64,000 nucleotides of DNA from IMG/VR virus record IMGVR_UViG_3300012178_000001, positions 28,495-92,494 of that record; one strand, given 5' to 3'. Below the pieces are notes generated by a model. The model did not search any database, was not told where the DNA came from, and saw only the letters and a program-made list of their open reading frames with translations. This stretch comes from a virus. Position 1 is the first letter of the stretch. Every line of letters begins with the position of its first letter. Positions 20,354 through 29,772 of this stretch are shown piece by piece. A program made the position numbers and the translations under genes.

Positions 20354-20420
20354 TTAGTTATAACTTCCCATTCTCTTTCACAGGGGATGGGAATTTATTA
20401 TATTTTAAGAGGTGATTTAA

Positions 20421-20990
20421 ATGAGTAAGGGAAGGGTATGGTTTTCAGCAGATTTACATTTAGGTTCAGAGAGGACTTTAACATTATCTAAGAGACCTTT
20501 TGAATCAGTAGATGAAATGAATGAAACGATTATAAGCAATTGGAATTCAGTAGTTAGGGAAGATGATGTTTGTTATATAGTGGGTGATATTGGAGATCTT
20601 GAAATAGCTAGAAAATTAAATGGGAAGTTAGTCTTGATAACAGGTAATTACGAGGAAGATGATATACAAGCTAATTACTATGGTAATAAATACCACTATA
20701 TAGATACGCTTAAGGAAAATGGATTCCATAAAGTATTTCATGAATGGTATAGATTCTTTGATAAGAATTATGAGAATAGAATGTATCTTACACATAAGCC
20801 TAGTGATTGTAAAAGCCATGAATTTAATTTATTTGGTCATGTTCATAAGCTTTCAATGATAAAGTCTTTTGGTTTAAATGTAGGAACCGACTGTCATAAC
20901 TTCTTTCCAATCGATATGGACACTGTTTTATTCTATAAAAAGGCTATTGAAGAATTTTATGATGATGAAGTATTTATGAGTAAACTATAG
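20421..20990 (+). CDS. Calcineurin-like metallophosphoesterase
   Basis: DLH, GD, GNYE, H, GHVH motifs. Confidence 0.9.
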   Translation: MSKGRVWFSADLHLGSERTLTLSKRPFESVDEMNETIISNWNSVVREDDVCYIVGDIGDLEIARKLNGKLVLITGNYEEDDIQANYYGNKYHYIDTLKENGFHKVFHEWYRFFDKNYENRMYLTHKPSDCKSHEFNLFGHVHKLSMIKSFGLNVGTDCHNFFPIDMDTVLFYKKAIEEFYDDEVFMSKL

Positions 20991-21004
20991 AGAAAGGACT
21001 TAAT

Positions 21005-21778
21005 ATGAATGAACAAGAGAGAGTATTACTCCAAAATGAGAGAAAAATAAATAATATATTTATAGAGTGTAGAGAGTTAATGAATGATATGATTATACAT
21101 GAACACACTATAATCATGAATGAAGGAACTTCTAGCGATATTGACTTTATCCAATTCAATGAATCTATTGATGGTATCAAGGAAGTATTTAAAGATATTT
21201 TTAGGTCAATATATGCTTCACTAGTTCTAATAAGCACACTAAATGATAAAATGGGTAATAAAGCAATTGATAAGTTGTATAAATTAGAAGATGAAACACC
21301 ATTACACGGGTCTGAGTTAAACTATGTAAGAAACGCTTATGAAGATATATCTAAATCATTTGAATTTCATATAAAAGATATAGAGGGTACTATTAAGACT
21401 AAAAAACTTAGAGGTGAGAAGAATAATAAAAACTATGAATTCTATATTAAGACTCTAAGTAAAATTCACGTCCAATTTGACAGTTATTTCAGTAATATAA
21501 CCACAGATTCACCTATGACTAAGAATACAGCATTACACTCAATCAACGAATTGTCTTCAGATATTAGAAATATTGTAGCTGAAATTGAAGGGTGGGTTAA
21601 TGAATTACAGAATGAGATTGCACTTATTGACCGTAAGAAAGAGAAAAATAATAAACCTATGTATATAAAAACTATAAATGAGAAGAGTCTAAGAGAAGAA
21701 CTTATTCTTGTTAGTAGTATTCAATTTTATATTAAGAATTTAATTAAAACTCTATATAGTTTAGTAAATGAATTATAA
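21005..21778 (+). CDS. Hypothetical protein, possibly virion head-associated
   Basis: Helical; MNEG/FNES motifs reminiscent of head-protease sites; precedes an RNAP subunit. Confidence 0.5.
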   Translation: MNEQERVLLQNERKINNIFIECRELMNDMIIHEHTIIMNEGTSSDIDFIQFNESIDGIKEVFKDIFRSIYASLVLISTLNDKMGNKAIDKLYKLEDETPLHGSELNYVRNAYEDISKSFEFHIKDIEGTIKTKKLRGEKNNKNYEFYIKTLSKIHVQFDSYFSNITTDSPMTKNTALHSINELSSDIRNIVAEIEGWVNELQNEIALIDRKKEKNNKPMYIKTINEKSLREELILVSSIQFYIKNLIKTLYSLVNEL

Positions 21779-21790
21779 GGAAGTGATAAT

Positions 21791-23029
21791 ATGAAGAATT
21801 ATATATCTACAGGTGATAAACAATACTTATTATCATTAGAACCTAGTGATGTCACTAAGGATTTATTTATTGATTTATTTGCAAATGACATAGAAAAGCA
21901 AGGATCAAGATTTGAGACTAATGATAAGATGAGCTTAACAATAGATGAGATACAAAGAAAATTTAATACTGAAAATATACTTGGTGATGGAAAAGGCAAT
22001 AAAACATCTATATCAACTACCGTAGGTAGGTACATATTTAATCTATATTTAGATATGGCGAATATATTTGGATACATTAACCAAGAACTAAGTGGTGGAA
22101 AAATAAAGGGTCTAAACTCAATATTATCGTCCAAGTTATTAGAACGAGATATTGAAATAGAAAAAGCATTTGAGTTTGTAGATAAAATGGACTGGTTAGG
22201 ATATTCTATTAATAGAATGATTGCATCATCACTGACATATGATTTATTAGAACCATTACCTGAAGTTGAAAAACTCAAGAATGAGTTATTTGAAAAATAT
22301 GCTAATGAAATAGAAAACAAAGATATGGCAATCGTGAGTAAGATTGAAGATGAACTTTTAGATTTATCTAGGAAGTTACTAAAAGAAAAAGGTATAAGTG
22401 ACTTTGATATTTATGAATCGGGTGCTAGAGGTAGCTTCAGTAATAACTATAAGAATACAACTATAATGAGAGGTATTATAAAAGATCCATCAGATACCGA
22501 CAATTTCTTTATATCTAAGAGTAGTCTTATGGATGGAATACCTAAGGGCGAATTCCATAATTATGCAAACTTAATCGTAGCCGCTTCATATTCAAGGGCT
22601 GTAGGAACACGTTCGGGCGGTTATGAGGCTAAGAAGCTTAATGCCGCTTTTCAGACAGTTGTTCTAGATGATAAAGATACTGACTGTGGTACTAATAAGA
22701 CTATAAAAGTCCATTTAACTGAAAGAAATAAAAGTCAGTATAGTTATAGATATATTATTTATAGAAATAAGATGATACAGTTAGATGAAGAATCACTTGA
22801 GAAATTCACTGGTAAAGTAGTTAATATGCGTACACCATTATATTGTACTAATGAAAAGATTTGTAGTAGATGTGCAGGAGACTTATTCTATAGAATAGGT
22901 ATTCAAAATGTAGGTCTACTTGCTAATCGTGTAGGTACTAAACTGCTTAACTTAGCATTAAAAGATTTCCATGATGTTAGTATTACTATGCATGATATAA
23001 ATATAAACGATTATATAACAAGGCAATAA
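21791..23029 (+). CDS. Multisubunit RNA polymerase beta' C-terminal subunit (probably virion RNAP, phiKZ gp80-like)
   Basis: TTVGR, SGARG, RAVGTRSGGY..KKL (bridge helix), DCGT, RTPLYC...ICSRCAG (Zn), NVGLLA...LKDFH (trigger loop); no DxDGD. Confidence 0.9.
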   Translation: MKNYISTGDKQYLLSLEPSDVTKDLFIDLFANDIEKQGSRFETNDKMSLTIDEIQRKFNTENILGDGKGNKTSISTTVGRYIFNLYLDMANIFGYINQELSGGKIKGLNSILSSKLLERDIEIEKAFEFVDKMDWLGYSINRMIASSLTYDLLEPLPEVEKLKNELFEKYANEIENKDMAIVSKIEDELLDLSRKLLKEKGISDFDIYESGARGSFSNNYKNTTIMRGIIKDPSDTDNFFISKSSLMDGIPKGEFHNYANLIVAASYSRAVGTRSGGYEAKKLNAAFQTVVLDDKDTDCGTNKTIKVHLTERNKSQYSYRYIIYRNKMIQLDEESLEKFTGKVVNMRTPLYCTNEKICSRCAGDLFYRIGIQNVGLLANRVGTKLLNLALKDFHDVSITMHDININDYITRQ

Positions 23030-23034
23030 TAAAA

Positions 23035-23063
23035 AGAGTATATACCACTATGGTATATACTCT
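23035..23063 (+). terminator. Hairpin terminator
   Basis: agagtatatacca-cta-tggtatatactct. Confidence 0.7.
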
Positions 23064-23076
23064 ATAAATTCGCATC

Positions 23077-23101
23077 TATATTATAACTAAATATATATTA
23101 T
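23077..23101 (+). promoter_or_regulatory. Tandem early-type TATATTAT motifs (23077-23084, 23094-23101)
   Basis: Precede a run of small accessory ORFs. Confidence 0.5.
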
Positions 23102-23144
23102 AATAATGATTAAATAGGTTTATTATAAGAATAAAGGAGGATGT

Positions 23145-23747
23145 ATGAAAAAAGTAAAGGATATTACAATTGGAATGATAGTTAATAAGTTAGTATATAA
23201 TATGGAAGAGGTTTTAGGTATAACTAATGATAATCTAGTTACACTATCTATTGGTGAAAAAGATTTATACAAGGTAGTTGCTAAAATTAATAATGAAGCT
23301 AGTAAAAGTAATAAGGGTATAAAGAAATTTATAATAGAAAATTTTCCTTCAACACATGATAATATTGGTTCATATTATGCATCAACTGTAGAAAGACTAA
23401 TAGAGTTCATAGAAACCAACATAGAACCTAAAGGTGAAGAATTATTTGAAGGAATGCATGGAATTAGGTATGATGAAATAGATACTATTTATGAAGACAT
23501 AGTGGAACCATTAAATGAAAAGACACATTATGAAATCAAACTGATTAGAATAAGAGAGAGATTATTATCTATAATATTTGGACTAGAAAAAAGATATGAG
23601 GCTTTGCTATTAAAGGATGAAAATGCTATGACAGAAAGAGGAGCAATAGCAATGAATAAAGCCTATAGATCATATATTGAAACCTTTAATAGACTTAGTC
23701 ATGAATATGAGCATGATATTAATATTGATTTTACAGATTTTAAATAA
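23145..23747 (+). CDS. Hypothetical protein
   Basis: Strong SD AAAGGAGG. Confidence 0.75.
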   Translation: MKKVKDITIGMIVNKLVYNMEEVLGITNDNLVTLSIGEKDLYKVVAKINNEASKSNKGIKKFIIENFPSTHDNIGSYYASTVERLIEFIETNIEPKGEELFEGMHGIRYDEIDTIYEDIVEPLNEKTHYEIKLIRIRERLLSIIFGLEKRYEALLLKDENAMTERGAIAMNKAYRSYIETFNRLSHEYEHDINIDFTDFK

Positions 23748-23752
23748 GGAGA

Positions 23753-24130
23753 GTGCCAATTATGAAAAATAAAGAAAGATTTGAAAAACATTCAAGCGAT
23801 GAAAATATGATAAGTTTACCACAGTATCTCGAATCTTTAGAAGAAAAGAAAAAGATTTGTAATTATATTAGAACTGATATATTACGTGCTAGTATCACAC
23901 CTGTTAATATAGAGATTACATTAGATATGGTAAACAACAGTAATGAGATTAGAAAAAGTCCTTCTAGGATAGAGGGTTGTAGGCAATTTGTAAAGCATAA
24001 CGATATGCCACATTCAGTTAGAGTACTATTGGGATATTTAACTGAAAAAGATGTATTAATAAATTCAGGCATGATTGGAAGTGATGAGACATTAGATGAA
24101 TTATTGTGTAGATTAACTAATAAAAAATAG
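23753..24130 (+). CDS. Hypothetical protein (start probably ATG 23762)
   Basis: ORF in operon. Confidence 0.65.
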   Translation: MPIMKNKERFEKHSSDENMISLPQYLESLEEKKKICNYIRTDILRASITPVNIEITLDMVNNSNEIRKSPSRIEGCRQFVKHNDMPHSVRVLLGYLTEKDVLINSGMIGSDETLDELLCRLTNKK

Positions 24131-24140
24131 GGGGTTGTAA

Positions 24141-24701
24141 ATGGATTATGATGATATTGATGTAAGATTAAAAGATGAGAAAGTAAGTGACCATGCCATA
24201 GCTTTATTAGGAAAAAAGGAGGCATTAAAAAGAGAATTACTAAAAAATAGAGATCTTTATCAGCATAAATTTATTCTTCTTAAATATAACGGTAATGTAA
24301 TAAGTGAATATAGAGCTGAAGTAAATAATCATAACTATTTTAATATTATTTCAGAATTAGCAATATACCATGGATTTGATAACTATGATCTTGAATTCGA
24401 ATATGATTTTTATAGATTAACTAAAGACTATAATAAAACTAAAAGACAACGTGGTTTAGAAATAGAAATCTCTAATTATATACCTAATAATTTTGAGAAG
24501 ATAGTTGATGACAAAATCATAAATTCGCTTAGTAAGCAAGGGAACATACAAAAAGTGGTAAAAGGTGGACTGTTTAAGAAGATTAGAAAACATGTTATGG
24601 AAAAATTCAATGTTGACATAGAATCTAATAACTTGATACTGAATAGTGTAAGTATTAAATTGACTATAGAGTATTTAAGAAATTCTATTACTTGTAATTA
24701 G
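24141..24701 (+). CDS. Hypothetical protein
   Basis: ORF in operon, SD AGGGGG. Confidence 0.65.
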   Translation: MDYDDIDVRLKDEKVSDHAIALLGKKEALKRELLKNRDLYQHKFILLKYNGNVISEYRAEVNNHNYFNIISELAIYHGFDNYDLEFEYDFYRLTKDYNKTKRQRGLEIEISNYIPNNFEKIVDDKIINSLSKQGNIQKVVKGGLFKKIRKHVMEKFNVDIESNNLILNSVSIKLTIEYLRNSITCN

Positions 24702-24722
24702 TATATAAGGAGATGATTATCA

Positions 24723-25019
24723 ATGTTATATAATATGTTAGAGAGACCGTTTGTATGTAGGTCTGATAGAAAAGATATAGTATTTATAGAAAGAAATCCA
24801 GAACATTGTAGAGTTAGAAATACAAATGGTATAAGAAGAAGAGATATTTATGAGATATGGGAATTAACATCTGAAGATGAATGTAATCATGAAGAACATG
24901 ATAATTGGACTGAATGGTTCTCAATTCGTGATGTTATTGACGAAGTACTTAATAGAAAAGTTTGCTCTAACTGTGGTAAACCACAATCTGATTGGTCAGA
25001 GTGGGGAGAAATTGAATAA
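24723..25019 (+). CDS. Small zinc-ribbon protein
   Basis: CNHEEH..W.EW...VCSNCG.P.S.W. Confidence 0.7.
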   Translation: MLYNMLERPFVCRSDRKDIVFIERNPEHCRVRNTNGIRRRDIYEIWELTSEDECNHEEHDNWTEWFSIRDVIDEVLNRKVCSNCGKPQSDWSEWGEIE

Positions 25020-25393
25020 TGTTAACCACTAAATTTGGCAGACAATATAGAAGTAATACTATTAGATTCAATAAAAAAGTACTGATGAGACGTGATGAAT
25101 TATTTTGTCATATAAAGGATAATGAAGGCAATACTATCACAAATGCTTATTCCAACTGGGATGAATTTAAGAAAGAAAATAAAGACAATGGTAAATTTAG
25201 TCTACTAGGTACATTACTTAGTAAACTTACATTGTCAAATGAAGTACCTGATAATCCATGTAATCATAGTGAGCACACTGTATGGAAAGAATGGTATTGT
25301 ACTGGGGGAGGTTGGACTTCAGATAATTATGTGAGAGAGGTTTGCTCTAATTGCGGTGAACCACTTAGTAAATGGAAGGAGCGTTATATATGA
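25019..25393 (+). CDS. Small zinc-ribbon protein sharing its C-terminal domain with the upstream gene
   Basis: CNHSEH..W.EW...VCSNCG.P.S.W; TAATG coupling. Confidence 0.7.
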   Translation: MLTTKFGRQYRSNTIRFNKKVLMRRDELFCHIKDNEGNTITNAYSNWDEFKKENKDNGKFSLLGTLLSKLTLSNEVPDNPCNHSEHTVWKEWYCTGGGWTSDNYVREVCSNCGEPLSKWKERYI

Positions 25394-25596
25394 TAAATGC
25401 ATTAAAAGCAGTATTGTTAATAGTGTATATGGGTTTAATGATTAGATTTGTAACTGAACCTATGGCAAATGAACTAGCCAGGATATTAAAATTGTATATA
25501 AATGATAAGACTGCTAAGTTAATAGTTAGTGTTGTTGAAATTATAGCAATAGCAACACCCATATTTATATTGGATAAATTCATAGGTTTACTTTAA
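25372..25596 (+). CDS. Small membrane protein (start probably ATG 25390)
   Basis: Two hydrophobic helices. Confidence 0.6.
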   Translation: MEGALYMINALKAVLLIVYMGLMIRFVTEPMANELARILKLYINDKTAKLIVSVVEIIAIATPIFILDKFIGLL

Positions 25597-25608
25597 AGAT
25601 TGTGAGGA

Positions 25609-26085
25609 GTGATAAGAATGTTATTTGACATTAATTGTATGTCTGACTTTATGACTATAAAGGTAGACAATATGAAAGTTGCTACATTTATATGCCTTAA
25701 ATTAGGTTATGGAAAATATGAATTCATATTAGAGGATGATGAAGGTAATGAGGATGCATACATCATACCAATGTTTATATTTTCAGATATAGATGATATA
25801 GATAAATGGGTGAGTGAAAAATTTGATATTGATACTGTGGAGGAGTTGATAAAGGATGTTATTATTAACCATAAGGATGAATTGATAAAAAGCTTAAGAC
25901 GAATAGTGTATGGTAAATTAGCAGATCGAAAGTCGTTCAACAAGGGATTAGAGTTAATAGAAGGTAAAGAAAAAGAGTTAGAATGGATTAATCATTGGAA
26001 TGATACTAGAAGAACTAGTTTAAATGATATTAATAGTTTTGCATTAGATTATGCAAACATGTTAGAAAAAGAAGGAGATGAGTAA
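25609..26085 (+). CDS. Hypothetical protein
   Basis: ORF with SD GAGGAG. Confidence 0.7.
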   Translation: MIRMLFDINCMSDFMTIKVDNMKVATFICLKLGYGKYEFILEDDEGNEDAYIIPMFIFSDIDDIDKWVSEKFDIDTVEELIKDVIINHKDELIKSLRRIVYGKLADRKSFNKGLELIEGKEKELEWINHWNDTRRTSLNDINSFALDYANMLEKEGDE

Positions 26086-27094
26086 TATGTTAAATAAGAA
26101 TAGTAGAAGATTTTTGGTTTCGTTGGTACTTGTATCTGTTGCATTATTGGTATTTAATTTAGGGATAGCGTTTGCTAATGAGGATGTGCATGATTATATT
26201 AAAGTTTTACAACCAGGGGAATATTATACAAATACTGATGAAATGATTGAGGTGTTAGGACAACCAGATAATATAAAAACAACTGAGGAGACTGACAGTT
26301 ACATTTTAAAACGGTATTATTATGATGAAATGATTATAATTGATACTGTTAATGATATGCCTTATACAATGGAAATATGGAATGATACTGAAATTGAGGG
26401 TTTTAGTAAGAATGTGGGAACATTTTATGATATTATGAATCAAAAAGGAATGCCTAATAACAGTAACAATGATGGGGAGATGTCAAATATAATTTATGAC
26501 TCTGAGAATTATAACTATTTAAGGTATAAATTGATATCTACTGGTGTGTCACTTAATTCTGAGGTGTCTATATTTACTATTGAGGTTTCTCCGTTATTTA
26601 ATCTTGTAGAGGAATTAAAACAAGAGAAAATAAAAGAGAGAGAATTAAACACTAGTGATGAAACAACTACAGACACAGCTAATAATACATCTAACACTAA
26701 TGATATTACCACCAATGATATTGAGACTATGTCTGGTGATGTCTACACTTTAGATAATTCTACTTCAATGTACAGGGAATATGAGATGATTTTTCCTAAT
26801 ACAACAGGCTCATTATATGAAGATGAACCTATCTACTTAAATAAAATCATCATGACTAATTATGGTGATAGACAGAATGATACATTAACTATAAATAATA
26901 GAAGTGATACAGTTACGTATAATAACTTCACTATGACTTATTTATTTTATGACACTTATGGATATCCATTAGATTATGTGTCATATAATATAGGTGAGTT
27001 GAAACCTAACAGTTCAGTAGACATTATGTTTGAATTATATGGTAATATTTCACGTGGAGAATTATATGAATATGACTATGACAGTAAGGAGTAA
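26078..27094 (+). CDS. Secreted acidic protein with T/N-rich linker and C-terminal FxLYD-like Ig domain
   Basis: Signal peptide ending AFA; 'EVLGQPD' repeat-like segments; 'YLFYDTYG...IGELKPN'. Confidence 0.65.
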   Translation: MSNMLNKNSRRFLVSLVLVSVALLVFNLGIAFANEDVHDYIKVLQPGEYYTNTDEMIEVLGQPDNIKTTEETDSYILKRYYYDEMIIIDTVNDMPYTMEIWNDTEIEGFSKNVGTFYDIMNQKGMPNNSNNDGEMSNIIYDSENYNYLRYKLISTGVSLNSEVSIFTIEVSPLFNLVEELKQEKIKERELNTSDETTTDTANNTSNTNDITTNDIETMSGDVYTLDNSTSMYREYEMIFPNTTGSLYEDEPIYLNKIIMTNYGDRQNDTLTINNRSDTVTYNNFTMTYLFYDTYGYPLDYVSYNIGELKPNSSVDIMFELYGNISRGELYEYDYDSKE

Positions 27095-27099
27095 ATAAC

Positions 27100-27498
27100 G
27101 TGAATGTATTTGAAAGTTACCATACTATAGTTAACTGCGAGTGTGATGAGTACTTGAGACAACACAATTTTGAATTAAGTAAGAATGACTCACTGACGGA
27201 TGTTATTAGAGATGTATCGGATGCTATGGATTGTGGACTACCAATCTTAAGATATGAAGCATATGTTGCCACTAAGATAATAAATAGTGATGTTGATGAC
27301 TATGAAGTTGTATTAGAAATAGTTCATCATGACTTATTTATATTAGTGCATATTAAAAAAGGTGAGTATGAATACTCAAGTGTTAAAGACCTTTCCAATA
27401 TCCGAGATGCTGATGGTAAGATTCATTTAGAAGAATTTAGAGAGTTATTAAATAATGAATTTGGGAAGTTTATAACCAACTCCACACTATTTGAATAA
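27100..27498 (+). CDS. Hypothetical protein
   Basis: GTG start with SD AAGGAG. Confidence 0.65.
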   Translation: MNVFESYHTIVNCECDEYLRQHNFELSKNDSLTDVIRDVSDAMDCGLPILRYEAYVATKIINSDVDDYEVVLEIVHHDLFILVHIKKGEYEYSSVKDLSNIRDADGKIHLEEFRELLNNEFGKFITNSTLFE

Positions 27499-27504
27499 TG
27501 GATG

Positions 27505-27539
27505 AAATGAGGTGTGTTTATGTACACCTCATTTTTTTT
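27505..27539 (+). terminator. Rho-independent terminator
   Basis: aaatgaggtgt / acacctcattt plus T-run. Confidence 0.85.
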
Positions 27540-27605
27540 AGTCATGTTTAAAACATATATTATAATCTTGGTAATATTATGAAGTAGACAGAAAGGAGGC
27601 AATTA

Positions 27606-27692
27606 ATGGAGACTGATACTAGCTTCATAGTAAGTAAAAATTTTCTATCTTCCAAAGCTAATCATGTTAATTTGGTAATTTTAAAACAATAA
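27606..27692 (+). CDS. Possible 28-aa peptide METDTSFIVSKNFLSSKANHVNLVILKQ
   Basis: Strong SD AAAGGAGG and upstream TATATTAT (27556-27563). Confidence 0.4.
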   Translation: METDTSFIVSKNFLSSKANHVNLVILKQ

Positions 27693-27730
27693 AATTAACA
27701 TTTTAATTAATGATTTAGTAGAAACGGAGG

Positions 27731-29113
27731 ATGGTGTATTTAATGAAGATAATTTTCAAAGATGTCAATAATTGGTTTGACCCTAAAATGGTAGTGACTA
27801 ATCCTGAAGGAATAGACCAAAAGACAAAAAAATTTAAACCTGATGGCGTATTTTCAGAGAAGATATTTGGAAAGCTTGATGGTGACAACATGTCTTATAC
27901 GTGTGAGTGTGGTGGACACAAAGGAGAATTCTATAAAGGTAAAGAATGTCCTATATGTAAGACAGAAGTACGTTTCACTGAACCAATGTTACAAAGAACG
28001 GGATGGATTGACTTAGGTGATAAGTATATCATATCTCCACTGTTTTTTAAATTCATAGAGAAGTTATCTAGAAAAAAGACTTTAATAAATATGATTGATT
28101 TTGAAGCTGTTCTAGATGTAAATGGTAATATAGTTGCTAATGATGAGGATAAAGAAAAGAATCCTTATAGAAATATAGGTATGGATGAGTTTAGGCATAA
28201 TTTTGACGAGATCATTCAATATATCTATGAAAATGCAACTACCAAAGAGAAAGATAATCTTATGAGTTTGATAAATAATAATAGAGATAAGATATTTATA
28301 AATAAGATACCCATCTATTCCATAACACTTAGACCTGCACTAATGATTAAAGATACACTAAAATTAGATGAGGTTAATAATTATTACAACTTAATAATAA
28401 GAAATAGCAACTTAATTAAAGCTGAAATTGATAATGATGTCATTAATATGCCATTATTATATACAATCCAGAATGAAGCTAATAAAGTATTTGACAAAGT
28501 ACTTGAAAACATTAAGGGTAAAGACGGATTCATACGTAACAATATGATAGGAAGTAGAATTAACTTCTCATCACGTAATGTAATCACACCATTACCTAAA
28601 GGATATAAATTAGATGAAGTAGTTTTACCTTATCTAACATTTTTAGAGTTATATAAATTCCATATAATAAACATTATAAGTAGAGTTAAGAAGATAACTA
28701 TTGTGCAAGCCACAAATATTTGGTATCAAGCAACTACAAATTTTAGTAACGAAATTTATGATATCATGATGGACATCATAAATAAGACTAATAAAGGTTG
28801 TAAGATTCTACTTAACAGAAACCCAACTATTGCTATCGGAAGTATATTATGCTTAAATATAGCAGGAGTTAAGAAAGATTACACAGATCTGACATTGGGT
28901 GTAAATAATGTAATTCTAAGTCCCTTAAATGGTGATTATGATGGTGATACATTGAATATAGTTCCTATATTTGATGATGAAATGAAGAAGGTATTTTCTA
29001 ATGCTTTCTCACCTAAATCTTTAATGATTAGTAATAATAATGGTAAGTTCAATTATAAGCTTAATATTGAAAGAGATCAAGCACTAGGTATATATACATT
29101 TAATAATGCTTAA
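27731..29113 (+). CDS. Multisubunit RNA polymerase beta' N-terminal catalytic subunit (probably virion RNAP, phiKZ gp180-like)
   Basis: DGVFSEKIFG, CECG/CPIC zinc finger, LRP, GKDGFIR, RINFSSRNVI, LLNRNPT, NGDYDGD catalytic motif. Confidence 0.93.
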   Translation: MVYLMKIIFKDVNNWFDPKMVVTNPEGIDQKTKKFKPDGVFSEKIFGKLDGDNMSYTCECGGHKGEFYKGKECPICKTEVRFTEPMLQRTGWIDLGDKYIISPLFFKFIEKLSRKKTLINMIDFEAVLDVNGNIVANDEDKEKNPYRNIGMDEFRHNFDEIIQYIYENATTKEKDNLMSLINNNRDKIFINKIPIYSITLRPALMIKDTLKLDEVNNYYNLIIRNSNLIKAEIDNDVINMPLLYTIQNEANKVFDKVLENIKGKDGFIRNNMIGSRINFSSRNVITPLPKGYKLDEVVLPYLTFLELYKFHIINIISRVKKITIVQATNIWYQATTNFSNEIYDIMMDIINKTNKGCKILLNRNPTIAIGSILCLNIAGVKKDYTDLTLGVNNVILSPLNGDYDGDTLNIVPIFDDEMKKVFSNAFSPKSLMISNNNGKFNYKLNIERDQALGIYTFNNA

Positions 29114-29135
29114 GTTTTAAGTATATATTATACTA

Positions 29136-29498
29136 TTGGTTGTTATATTATTTAAAATAAGAGAGGACGGTAAGATGAAAGAAAGTGAAATCAGGGAAAA
29201 AATACAAAAAGTTTTGTTAAAGCTAAAAGATGTGGTAGACATAGACTATACAGGTGACGTAGATGACTATGTTCTAGAGAGTTACGAACTATCTAAAGAT
29301 GAATTTATCCATTCAATACCTCCTAAGTTTAAAGATAACTTCGAGGATAAATCTCATATGGTGTACACTGGATATGGAGATTTAGGTGGCGAAGAAGTTA
29401 TAATCAATACAGTCATGGATAAAGATGAATATAAATGTATAGTCATTCAAGACAGTGAATCTGGTAAACCATTGCAGTATATTGACGGCATAAATTAG
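29136..29498 (+). CDS. Hypothetical protein (start probably ATG 29175)
   Basis: SD GAGAGG; TATATTAT at 29124-29131. Confidence 0.65.
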   Translation: MVVILFKIREDGKMKESEIREKIQKVLLKLKDVVDIDYTGDVDDYVLESYELSKDEFIHSIPPKFKDNFEDKSHMVYTGYGDLGGEEVIINTVMDKDEYKCIVIQDSESGKPLQYIDGIN

Positions 29499-29524
29499 AG
29501 TATATATGAAGAAGAGGTCATAAT

Positions 29525-29674
29525 ATGGGTGAGAATAAAAACAAAAATTTAGATAGTGAGAAGATAGGCAACGCTTTAGGAAAAGCGAGTAAAATACTAG
29601 GGAATCTAGGTAAATTTTTATCTACAACCTCAGACATACTAAAAGAAAAAGATAAGATTGATAAAATTAGCTAA
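29525..29674 (+). CDS. 49-aa amphipathic peptide (below ORF-track cut-off)
   Basis: SD GAGG; MGENKNKNLDSEKIGNALGKASKILGNLGKFLSTTSDILKEKDKIDKIS; followed by a terminator. Confidence 0.55.
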   Translation: MGENKNKNLDSEKIGNALGKASKILGNLGKFLSTTSDILKEKDKIDKIS

Positions 29675-29688
29675 TTTTATAAATTAAT

Positions 29689-29720
29689 AAGAAAACCTTA
29701 GCGGGTTTTCTTTTTTTTTT
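29689..29720 (+). terminator. Rho-independent terminator
   Basis: agaaaacc-ttagcg-ggttttct plus long T-run. Confidence 0.85.
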
Positions 29721-29727
29721 ATTATGA

Positions 29728-29739
29728 AACATGTTATTA
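29728..29739 (+). promoter_or_regulatory. Late-type promoter AACA-N6-TA
   Basis: AACATGTTATTA. Confidence 0.65.
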
Positions 29740-29772
29740 ATATTACAGTATATAGAAAGGTGGTTTATATAA

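Noticed and set aside
21791-29113. Group I introns or inteins in RNAP genes (as in AR9)
   Set aside because: Both subunits read continuously with motifs in the expected order and no extra length
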